Assembly: GCA_035404085.1 (NCBI GenBank)
Contig: DAONGL010000001.1
Location: forward strand, 135,878-199,877
Origin: Methanomassiliicoccales archaeon
GTDB taxonomy: Archaea > Thermoplasmatota > Thermoplasmata > Methanomassiliicoccales > UBA472
DNA: 64,000 nucleotides
Direction of reading: 5' to 3'
The notes beneath the pieces are model-generated. The model had not been told where the DNA came from. It did no database searches and saw only the letters and a program-made list of their open reading frames with translations. Both the position numbers and the translations under genes were made by a program. This document shows, in pieces, positions 1 through 8,113 of the stretch. Position 1 is the stretch's first letter; the number at the start of each line of letters is the position of its first letter.

Positions 1-597
1 TTGGGCGGAGGTGGTAGGGAGGCCAGTCGTTCCTTTGCCATAATGAGCGATGACAAGGTGGACAACCTGTTGAGCGTGGCCGGCGGAAAGCTCACCACCT
101 ATAGGCTGATGGCCGAGAAGGTCTCCGATCGGGTGTGCGAAATTCTGGGGAACGGCGCCAATTGCCGTACGCACCTGGAGAAGCTCGGGCCCGCCCCGGA
201 TCCGAAGGGAGGTTCGATCTCTTCGGCCAGGCTAAGGCGCAAGTACGGACGGGCGGCCACTTCGATAGATACCGCCGACACTCGGGTGCTGTGCTCCTGC
301 GAACAGGTCATGCGTTCCGAAGTGACGATGGTCCTGAGCAAGGGGGACGCTCTGACACTGGCCGACGTGATGCGCAGGACCCGGGCGGGAATGGGTTACT
401 GCCAGGGGTTCGACTGCTCACTTTCCGTACTGGAGGTCATGATAGAACGGAACCAGGTAGATCCTGTCCCCTCCTTGAAGGAATTCCTTGAGGAAAGGGA
501 ACGTGGCCTGACGCAAGCGACCGGCGACCAGCTGCGACAGGAGATTCTGCGCCGACACGTCCTCAGAGGCGTCTACGGGCTGGAGGGGAAGGAATGA
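1..597 (+). CDS. glpA: Anaerobic glycerol-3-phosphate dehydrogenase subunit A-like flavoprotein, C-terminal part (5' end outside window)
   Basis: ORF is open from base 1. 'VAGGKLTTYRLMAEKV' is a FAD-dehydrogenase C-terminal signature, followed by the BFD-like Cys pattern 'CSCEQV...GYCQGFDC'. The stop overlaps the next start (ATGA, 594-597). Confidence 0.7.
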   Translation: MGGGGREASRSFAIMSDDKVDNLLSVAGGKLTTYRLMAEKVSDRVCEILGNGANCRTHLEKLGPAPDPKGGSISSARLRRKYGRAATSIDTADTRVLCSCEQVMRSEVTMVLSKGDALTLADVMRRTRAGMGYCQGFDCSLSVLEVMIERNQVDPVPSLKEFLEERERGLTQATGDQLRQEILRRHVLRGVYGLEGKE

Positions 598-1643
598 ACC
601 GCGTTCTCGTGGTGGGCAAAGGGGCGGCCGGAACGTTCTCCTCCTGGCTCTTGGCGAACAAGGGTTGGGAGGTCATCCTGGTGGGCCGGGGGACCCCGAG
701 CACCGCCATGTCCACTGGCTGCCTGAGGTCCCAACCGAACGTTTGCCGTTCGGAGATCATGGAGTTTCTGAACAACGAAATGATGCCCTGGACCTACGGA
801 TCTAGGGAAGGCATGAGCAAGATAGGAACGTCATACCGATGCTGGATGTCCCCGCCCCATTCCACCTGGAAGGAAGGTGAGGCGCCAAAGAGCGTCGCGG
901 TGGTCGGTCTGGAGGGACATCCATCTCTGCAGGCGCGCGTAGCCTCGGCCACGCTGAACGCCCGGGGCATCAGGGCGGAGTCGCTCATATTGCCGAGCTC
1001 GGTCCCCTCGGATGTTCCCCTGGCCGCCTCTTTATTCAGTGACGAATCCTGGGAGACGTTGGCCGACGAATTGCAAAGACAATCGGCCGAAGCGATACTG
1101 CTCCCGGCCATGGTCGCTCTGGAAGACTATCACCAGCTGGACATACTGGAGCTTCGCAGTGGAAGGAGAGTGTTGGAGGCGATCACTCCCCTGAGCGCGC
1201 CAGGTCAGAGGCTGGGGGATATCATGCGTTCGAAGGCCGCAGGGTCAGGGGTAACCATCTGGGACGGTAGGAAAGTAACCGCTCTCGATGTACGGGACGG
1301 CGAGGTGCGCGGAGCGACGGTCGCCGGAGGTCAAGAGGTCCGCGATATCTTGATCGATGCGGTCATTATCGCCACCGGGGGCCCCCTGGTCGATGGGCTG
1401 GCTCTCAAGGAACGGAATATCAGCGATCCCTTTGGTATGTTCCAGGTCGTTCGATCCAACGACGGGCTCAGAGGCGGTTACGATAGCTCGAACGGCATGC
1501 TGATCGCCAGCGATGGTCACCCAATGAACAACGTCGCCGGCGCCGGGGACTGCCTTTCTTCGGAACGCAGGGAATACGGCTCCGGGTTGACCGAGGCCCT
1601 GGAGGGCGCGTATCTTGCCGTCCAGGCACTGGAGGGATCATGA
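594..1643 (+). CDS. glpB: GlpB-like FAD-binding subunit of anaerobic glycerol-3-phosphate dehydrogenase
   Basis: N-terminal dinucleotide-binding fold 'VLVVGKGAAGTFSSWLLANKGWEV' and C-terminal 'AGAGDC'. It has 4-nt start/stop overlaps with both neighbours, indicating operon coupling. Confidence 0.55.
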   Translation: MNRVLVVGKGAAGTFSSWLLANKGWEVILVGRGTPSTAMSTGCLRSQPNVCRSEIMEFLNNEMMPWTYGSREGMSKIGTSYRCWMSPPHSTWKEGEAPKSVAVVGLEGHPSLQARVASATLNARGIRAESLILPSSVPSDVPLAASLFSDESWETLADELQRQSAEAILLPAMVALEDYHQLDILELRSGRRVLEAITPLSAPGQRLGDIMRSKAAGSGVTIWDGRKVTALDVRDGEVRGATVAGGQEVRDILIDAVIIATGGPLVDGLALKERNISDPFGMFQVVRSNDGLRGGYDSSNGMLIASDGHPMNNVAGAGDCLSSERREYGSGLTEALEGAYLAVQALEGS

Positions 1644-2623
1644 ACGAAGGCCGGTGCGTCAAGTGCGGCAGCTGCCTGCGGGTATGCCCGGTTCTCAACG
1701 ATCTCTCAGGTTCGCCATTCCCAGGACCACGAACCGTGGGAGTGGACGCCCCCCGGTTCTTGGAGAGAGAAAGCGTCGGCCACAACGCTCTGCGCTGCAC
1801 CATGTGCCATGCCTGCGAGTGGGCCTGCCCCTCCGGGATCACCCTCACCCGCTCCATGTTAAAGCTCAGGTCGGGGATGTCCGGTGAACGTTTGCCCGGT
1901 CATCGCCGGATGCTCGAGAACATATCCTCGTTCGGGCGATCGGTCAATACGGAGTTCAGTGGCTGGATAGAGAAAGGGAATCGTACCCTGTACTTCCCAG
2001 GATGCATCGGTCTCGGTCGTTCCGCGGACCTCACGAGAACGGTGTCTTCCCTCCTAACTTCGCTAGGGATAGAGCACGATATCTCGAGCCAGGTCCTGTG
2101 CTGCGGTTCTCCACTTCTGAAGATCGGGGCCACAGAGGTGGCCGAGGACCTCCGCCGCCGGAACACAGAGGCGCTCTCGCGGTACGACCGAGTGATCACC
2201 TCCTGCCCCGGCTGCACGTATCAGCTCCGGGAGTTCTACGGGATCGAGGCCGAGCATGTAATAGAGGTCCTGAAGGGCTTGGACCTGCGTTCCAAGCTGG
2301 AAGGCCGCTGGGCGCTACAGATTCCTTGTCACCTGAGGCGGGGCCTCAGTCCCTGGGCCGCCGAGGACCTGATAATTATTCTGGAGAATGCCGGTGTGGA
2401 CATCGTCAGGATGCCCCAGGAGGACAGCTGCTGCGGCGGCGGGGGAGGCATGCTATCCGGCTTTCCGGAAACGTCCGGCTCCATCGCCCGCCACAAGGTC
2501 GATATGTACCGCCGGGCCGAGGTGGACGGCGTGATAACTGCCTGCCCCTTCTGCTCCCTGAACCTGGGAAGGGAAGGCCTCAAGGTCCTGGACATCACCG
2601 AGGCTATTACGCTGAACAAATAG
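1640..2623 (+). CDS. glpC: GlpC-like iron-sulfur subunit (two [4Fe-4S] ferredoxin motifs plus two CCG domains)
   Basis: Cluster motifs 'CVKCGSCLRVCP' and 'CTMCHACEWACP'. 'CCGSPL' and 'CCGGGGG' are CCG-domain motifs as in GlpC/HdrD/LutA-type proteins. Confidence 0.7.
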   Translation: MNEGRCVKCGSCLRVCPVLNDLSGSPFPGPRTVGVDAPRFLERESVGHNALRCTMCHACEWACPSGITLTRSMLKLRSGMSGERLPGHRRMLENISSFGRSVNTEFSGWIEKGNRTLYFPGCIGLGRSADLTRTVSSLLTSLGIEHDISSQVLCCGSPLLKIGATEVAEDLRRRNTEALSRYDRVITSCPGCTYQLREFYGIEAEHVIEVLKGLDLRSKLEGRWALQIPCHLRRGLSPWAAEDLIIILENAGVDIVRMPQEDSCCGGGGGMLSGFPETSGSIARHKVDMYRRAEVDGVITACPFCSLNLGREGLKVLDITEAITLNK

Positions 2624-2641
2624 GGAACCATCAAATACACC

Positions 2642-2866
2642 ATGCACGATAGAACGCGCCAGATGAACAAGGCGCTCTGTTTTTCCTGTCTGCATCGCGA
2701 GAACCGCCCCGAGCTGGGGTTGAGCGATCAGCTGGTGTACTGCCGAAAGAAGGAGATGGTGGTCCGGCCCAAGATGGAATGCACGCTGTATTCCAAGGCC
2801 ACCGCCCGTGCCGTTCAGGAGCTGAATCGCGCTCTGTACGGGGTCATGGAAGAAGCCGAGGATTGA
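2642..2866 (+). CDS. Small Cys-containing hypothetical protein (74 aa)
   Basis: ATG lies 18 nt after the glpC stop. Third codon positions are G/C-biased like neighbouring genes. 'CFSC...YC...EC' is a possible zinc site. I recognise no family. Confidence 0.35.
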   Translation: MHDRTRQMNKALCFSCLHRENRPELGLSDQLVYCRKKEMVVRPKMECTLYSKATARAVQELNRALYGVMEEAED

Positions 2867-3547
2867 TCACTTCCACTCCAGTACTGGAGCTGGCGCTTCC
2901 TCGCCTCCCGGGGTTATCTCGAACGGTATCCACCGGCCGGGTACCGACATGCCGCGCATGTGCCGCACCCTCAACACGCGATTGAGATCGTTATCGAAGC
3001 GCAGTTCGATGACCCCATCCGCCAACGCCACCAGGTGATTGAGGGCCTTCTCCTCGTGCACCCCGTCGAACACGGACACGATGGCCGTCCCGAACTCGCT
3101 CCGTATGCGGGAGGTGCTGATCTGGAAGAACTTGAGCACCACGCTGGCCTGGTTGTACAGGAATAGCGTGGAAAGGGTATGCATGAATACCCTCAGAGGA
3201 CGCTTCTCCTCAGCGAATATGTTGGCCACGTTGAACATTATTCCTTCCAGGTCATGAATGCGGCGCACCTTGGTACGGTCCCCGGCCTCGCGATCGTCCC
3301 CGTTACCGAGCAGGCTGGAGTGATAATCGATCACGTATAGCCCTTTTCCCAGGAGGTCCAACGAGATGCCGAAGCGCTCCATGGATGTAAACAGGTCCCT
3401 AGGCAGCAGGTCCATGGTCACGAAGACCACCGGTTCGCCCTGGTCCAGGTATTCCTTGACCATGCTCATCTGGAACTCCAACAACCCTACGCCCGGTGTT
3501 CCCAAAATGAGCACCGAGCACATCTGCGGAAAATTGGTCCTGAACAT
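2867..3547 (-). CDS. Single-domain KaiC/RecA-superfamily protein with degenerate Walker A
   Basis: KaiC-like layout with 'VLILGTPGVGLLEF' where GxxGxGKT is expected (Lys/Thr replaced by Leu/Leu). 'VFMHTLSTL' sits in the Walker B position. It lies 10 nt downstream of the 501-aa KaiC/GvpD-like gene. Confidence 0.65.
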   Translation of the reverse strand: MFRTNFPQMCSVLILGTPGVGLLEFQMSMVKEYLDQGEPVVFVTMDLLPRDLFTSMERFGISLDLLGKGLYVIDYHSSLLGNGDDREAGDRTKVRRIHDLEGIMFNVANIFAEEKRPLRVFMHTLSTLFLYNQASVVLKFFQISTSRIRSEFGTAIVSVFDGVHEEKALNHLVALADGVIELRFDNDLNRVLRVRHMRGMSVPGRWIPFEITPGGEEAPAPVLEWK

Positions 3548-3557
3548 TCAAAGCACC

Positions 3558-5063
3558 TCACACCAGCGGGGTCAGGGACACGCACCCTCCCTGGGGTCTT
3601 TCCTCTACCGTCAATGCGAAGCACTCGGTGAACGGTTTACTGCCGTAGAGCACCACCGTCCCGCCTATCCTCTCCACCTTCAAGTGCACCGTGGCCAGAT
3701 CGGCCAGCCTTGCCGTGGATCGGGATGTCGGGGAGGTCAGTCCCACGAACGACCCTCCATTGCGCTTGACCGCGGCGAGATGATCGATCAGTCCCTCCAT
3801 GACCTCTCCGCCGTAAATCGATTCCAGGGAATCGAACCCCATCAGCGAGAGGAACGGTTGTGAGCTGCCATTCAGAGCGTAAACGATGTTCTTCCACTTC
3901 AGGTCGTCCGATACCCTGGTCCCTTCGACGGCCATGACGTAACGTCCGCTTCCCTGGTCCATCTGGGAGGCCGGTTCCACGACCCGAACCGTCTTCTCCA
4001 TCTCTCCGTCCGTCAAAACGTTCTGCAGCATCCCCCTGGCTCCCGCCCCGCTCTCCTTTCGCAAAGGCACCCACAGCACCCCGCGCCCGGCCTTGGCAAA
4101 GCTGGAGACCAACGACCTCTCCAATATCCCACTGACCAACGGGGGAAGCCCGCCGCCCAGCTCGATGAGCGTCACCGCTCCCGGGAAGAGGCCCCCAGTC
4201 ATTTCGTCCAGATCGGTTATCCCGAACGAGAGATGGCCCGCAGGGTCCTCCGGTCTGGCGAACTCATTGCTCATCCCGCTGCCCCGGTCCCACTTGGCTC
4301 CGAAGCAGCGGAACTTGCCGCCCTTCAAACTGAAAAGATAGAGGGGCTGCTGAACCTCCACCCCTCGCAGCTTCATAAGGTCCATCTCTCGCACCAATCG
4401 CCGCTCGTGCTCCATCCGCGTGCACTCCACGACCCCGTCTCCCAGGTAATCGAGCATGTGGTCGTTGTTCTCCAGGACGAAGAGCAGGTTCGCCCCCTGG
4501 CCTTCCACCAGGTCGCGTTGCAGGGCGATCATCAGTTCCCGGCACTGTAGTTCGTATCGGTCTGCCAGAGCGTCGATGCTGTCGATGATGACCAGCACCC
4601 GTTCCCCGGCCTTCTCCACCAGGTCATACAGGTTCTCCAGGTCGGGCATGGTCCGGCCGATGGAGACGGTCATCTCCTTCCGGGACACCAACAGATCGCC
4701 GGAGCCCACGCCCTTCAATCGTCCGAAGCCGGAACGGCGACGGGTACTGGTCTCCTCCCTGGTTATCAAACGGTCGGCAAGCCAGGGAAACTGCCTTAGC
4801 AGGGACGAATCGGATACCCTGGTCGAAAGATAGTGTGCCCTCTGCCGGTCCTTGAACTCCTCCGCCACCTGCAGAACGAAGGTGGTCTTCCCGGTCCCGG
4901 CGTTCCCCCGCACGATGAGGGAATGCCCTCCCGGGTTCTCGAGGAATCTCGTGATCTCATTGGGCAACGCGGAATTGGAGGGGTCGGGCATCTGCTGAAC
5001 CTTGTCCGCTTGACCCCTCTCGATTTTTAAACAACTTTCCTCCCCATTATCATTTATCGCCAA
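3558..5063 (-). CDS. Two-domain KaiC/GvpD-like RecA-superfamily ATPase
   Basis: Domain 1 has an intact P-loop, 'SLIVRGNAGTGKTTFVLQ', and Walker B 'VLVIIDSIDAL'. Domain 2, 'GITDLDEMTGGLFPGAVTLIELGGGLPPLV', has the KaiC/RadA-like entry motif but no GKT. Confidence 0.7.
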   Translation of the reverse strand: MAINDNGEESCLKIERGQADKVQQMPDPSNSALPNEITRFLENPGGHSLIVRGNAGTGKTTFVLQVAEEFKDRQRAHYLSTRVSDSSLLRQFPWLADRLITREETSTRRRSGFGRLKGVGSGDLLVSRKEMTVSIGRTMPDLENLYDLVEKAGERVLVIIDSIDALADRYELQCRELMIALQRDLVEGQGANLLFVLENNDHMLDYLGDGVVECTRMEHERRLVREMDLMKLRGVEVQQPLYLFSLKGGKFRCFGAKWDRGSGMSNEFARPEDPAGHLSFGITDLDEMTGGLFPGAVTLIELGGGLPPLVSGILERSLVSSFAKAGRGVLWVPLRKESGAGARGMLQNVLTDGEMEKTVRVVEPASQMDQGSGRYVMAVEGTRVSDDLKWKNIVYALNGSSQPFLSLMGFDSLESIYGGEVMEGLIDHLAAVKRNGGSFVGLTSPTSRSTARLADLATVHLKVERIGGTVVLYGSKPFTECFALTVEERPQGGCVSLTPLV

Positions 5064-5126
5064 TCAGATGGTGCGAAAAAGATTAATAAACGGCCACAGG
5101 GATGGCTATGCCCTGAGGATCCTTTG

Positions 5127-6317
5127 ATGAAAGCTGTCATTCTGGCCGCCGGGGAGGGGACCAGGCTCCGTCCGTTCACCGTATCCAGGCCCAAGGTCAT
5201 GATTCCCATCGGCAACCGACCTATCCTGGAATATGTCGTTCGAGCCTTGGCGGCGAACGGCATAACCGAGATCATCCTGGTCGTGGGCTACATGAAGGAG
5301 CGCATAATGTCCTTCTTCGGGAACGGCTCACGCTTCGGGGTCAAGATATCCTATTCCATCCAAGAGAAACAGCTGGGTACCGCCCACGCCACTCTGGCGG
5401 TCCGAAGCCAGATCAAGGACGACTTCATATTGGTGGCCGGGGACAACATCATCGACGCCCAGGTCATCGCCGACCTCCTGAACCACAAGGGTGGCCTGGC
5501 CATGCTGGTGACCGATTCCGAGATCCCCTCCAAGTATGGGGTCGTCCAGATCGAGTCCGGTCAGGTGGTGGACATCATCGAGAAGCCCGACAAGAAGGTG
5601 GGCAACATCATCAACACCGGCATCTACCGATTACCGCCCACCATATTCGATCACCTGGAGAAGGGGATCATGGCCGGAAAGTCCGGGATCACTCACGTTC
5701 TGCACAGCTGCATGCCTCGTCTGAAGGTGGACGCGGTCCGTTCCACCGGTCGTTGGATGGACGCCGTCTACCCATGGGACCTCATCCGTTTGAACGAGTA
5801 TGCCTTCAGCCTATCGGGTCAGGAGACATCGGGTACCATCGAGTCCGGGGTTACCATGCGCGGGCCGGTGTACGTGGGGGCCGGCACCAGGATCCGAGCT
5901 GGCTGCTACATCGAGGGACCGGTGTCCATCGGCGAGGGTTGCGAGATAGGTCCGTACGTGACGATATTTCCGACCACCAGCATAGGCAACGGGGTGCACA
6001 TCGCTCCTTACACCTACATCAACAATTCCATGATCATGAACAACGTCTCCATAGGTTCCCATGCCCACATATCCCGGGCGGTGATCGACGACGGATGCCG
6101 GATAATGACCGGCTTCTCCGCGCCATCTGGCCTGGCCCAGGTCAGGGTGGAGGACGATTTCTTCAAGGTGGAGAAGGCCGGCAGCATGGTCGGGGAGTTC
6201 ACTCAGATAGGTCCTCAGGTGGTGCTGTCCGCCGGAACCATCATCGGGGCCAACTCACGAGTTGGCGACGGCGCCAAGGTCAGCGGAACGTTGGAGAACA
6301 GGAGCCTCGTGGTCTGA
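5127..6317 (+). CDS. Bifunctional sugar-1-phosphate nucleotidylyltransferase / acetyltransferase (archaeal GlmU-like)
   Basis: 'MKAVILAAGEGTRLRPFTVSRPKVMIP' is the nucleotidyltransferase signature. The C-terminal third is hexapeptide (left-handed beta-helix) repeats. The stop overlaps the glmS start (TGATG). Confidence 0.8.
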   Translation: MKAVILAAGEGTRLRPFTVSRPKVMIPIGNRPILEYVVRALAANGITEIILVVGYMKERIMSFFGNGSRFGVKISYSIQEKQLGTAHATLAVRSQIKDDFILVAGDNIIDAQVIADLLNHKGGLAMLVTDSEIPSKYGVVQIESGQVVDIIEKPDKKVGNIINTGIYRLPPTIFDHLEKGIMAGKSGITHVLHSCMPRLKVDAVRSTGRWMDAVYPWDLIRLNEYAFSLSGQETSGTIESGVTMRGPVYVGAGTRIRAGCYIEGPVSIGEGCEIGPYVTIFPTTSIGNGVHIAPYTYINNSMIMNNVSIGSHAHISRAVIDDGCRIMTGFSAPSGLAQVRVEDDFFKVEKAGSMVGEFTQIGPQVVLSAGTIIGANSRVGDGAKVSGTLENRSLVV

Positions 6318-8113
6318 TGTGCGGCATTGTCGGATACTCGGGTCACCGCCGGGCCTCGGAAGTGTTGATGGAGGGTCTGAAACGATTGGAGTACCGGGGG
6401 TACGATTCCGCCGGGGTCGCCATAGTTGAGGATGGGCGCCTGGTGCTATTGAAGAAGCAGGGGGAGCTGGAGGTCCTGCAGAAGGCCCTTCCCAAGTTCG
6501 AAGGTCGCACGGGGATAGGCCATACCAGATGGGCCACCTGCGGTCGGCCGTCCGATAGGAACGCTCACCCTTTCGTGTCCTGCGATGGAAAGCTGGCCAT
6601 CGTTCACAACGGGATCATCGAGAACTACACCGCTCTGCGGGAACGGCTCGAATCGGAAGGCCACCACTTCACCTCCGAGACGGACACCGAGGTGGTCGTC
6701 CATCTCATGGAGACCCATTACACCGGCGATCTGCGCCAGGCACTTGCGGACACCACCCGGGAGATTCAGGGGACATATGCCATCGCGGCGGTCCTGGAGG
6801 GCAGCCTAGAGGTCGCCGCCGCCCGTAAGGAGAACCCTCTGGTGGTCGGACTGGGGGTCAAGGAGAACTTCCTGGCCTCTGATGTCACGGCGCTACTCAG
6901 TTACACCAACCAGGTACTGTACATCAGGGACGGGGAGACGGTCTCTCTAACTCCTAAGGGGGTAACGGTCTTCGATCAGGACGGAGCGATAGTGAAAAGG
7001 GAGACCTCCGTGGTGACCTGGTCCGCCGAGGACGCTCAGAAGGGCGGCTTCGAGCACTTCATGCTCAAGGAGATATTCGAAGGGCCGAACGCCATTCACA
7101 ACACTCTGCTGGGGGCATTGGACCTCATCGAGAATGGGGATGTGATACCCAGGATGGACTTTAGTTCCGTGAAGCTAGTGGCCTGCGGCTCCTCGTTCCA
7201 CGCCGCCATGGTCGGCAAGTACGCCATGGAGGAGTTCGCCGGGATACCCACCACGCTGGAGCTGGCGTCCGAATACCGTTATTCACCAGGGACCAGGGAG
7301 GCACCTTTGGTCATACTCATCACGCAGAGCGGGGAGACCGCGGACACGCTGGCCGCGGCAAGGGAGGCCAGGCGCCGGGGGTGCCGCACTTTGGCGGTCA
7401 CGAACGTGGTCGGTTCCACCATAACCAGGGAGGTCGACGAGGTCCTCTACACCAAGGCCGGCCCGGAGATCGGCGTGGCCGCGACCAAGACGTTCCTCAC
7501 CCAGCTTCTGGCCATGTACATGTTAGCCATACGAATAGGCTACGCCAATGGCACGTTGAGCCACGACGCCATGCGTAGCGCATTATCCTCCTTGCGCCAA
7601 TCATCCAACATGGTGCAGTCGGTGCTGAACCACATGCACGAGATCGAGGAAGCGAGCAAGATGATCGACGAATCCGAGCACTGCTTCTTCATCGGACGCA
7701 ACATCAACTACCCGACGATGTTGGAGGGCGCCCTGAAACTGAAGGAGATATCGTACATCCATGCCGAGGGATTCGCCGCCGGTGAGCTGAAGCATGGCCC
7801 ACTGGCGCTATTGGATTCTAAGACCCCCGTGATAGCCGTAGCCATCAAAGGCGACCACACCTACGAGAAGATGTTGGCGAACATATCGGAGGTGGCCGCG
7901 CGGGACAGTCCGGTGCTCGGTGTGGGTCTGGAGGGCGATACCGACCTGTCCAGGTTATGCGAGCGCATGATATACGTCCCGCCGGTAAAACCGGTCTTCT
8001 CTCCCATACCGGTGACGGTCGCGCTCCAGGCGCTGTCGTACTACGTGGCCAAACGTCGCGGCTGCTCCATAGACAAGCCCAAGAACCTAGCCAAGAGCGT
8101 CACCGTGGAGTGA
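6317..8113 (+). CDS. glmS: Glutamine--fructose-6-phosphate aminotransferase
   Basis: Starts 'MCGIVGY' (Ntn Cys2), has SIS-domain 'LITQSGETADTL', and ends '...KSVTVE'. The track ORF 5753-8113 carries a spurious N-terminal extension. Confidence 0.95.
   Translation: MCGIVGYSGHRRASEVLMEGLKRLEYRGYDSAGVAIVEDGRLVLLKKQGELEVLQKALPKFEGRTGIGHTRWATCGRPSDRNAHPFVSCDGKLAIVHNGIIENYTALRERLESEGHHFTSETDTEVVVHLMETHYTGDLRQALADTTREIQGTYAIAAVLEGSLEVAAARKENPLVVGLGVKENFLASDVTALLSYTNQVLYIRDGETVSLTPKGVTVFDQDGAIVKRETSVVTWSAEDAQKGGFEHFMLKEIFEGPNAIHNTLLGALDLIENGDVIPRMDFSSVKLVACGSSFHAAMVGKYAMEEFAGIPTTLELASEYRYSPGTREAPLVILITQSGETADTLAAAREARRRGCRTLAVTNVVGSTITREVDEVLYTKAGPEIGVAATKTFLTQLLAMYMLAIRIGYANGTLSHDAMRSALSSLRQSSNMVQSVLNHMHEIEEASKMIDESEHCFFIGRNINYPTMLEGALKLKEISYIHAEGFAAGELKHGPLALLDSKTPVIAVAIKGDHTYEKMLANISEVAARDSPVLGVGLEGDTDLSRLCERMIYVPPVKPVFSPIPVTVALQALSYYVAKRRGCSIDKPKNLAKSVTVE

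Noticed and set aside
5753-6316. N-terminal 188-aa extension of the glmS ORF (the track lists 5753-8113 as one 786-aa ORF)
   Set aside because: The extension overlaps the GlmU-like gene in another frame and is R/G/H-rich nonsense. GlmS must begin with Met-Cys ('MCGIVGY', 6317) because Cys2 is the Ntn nucleophile.
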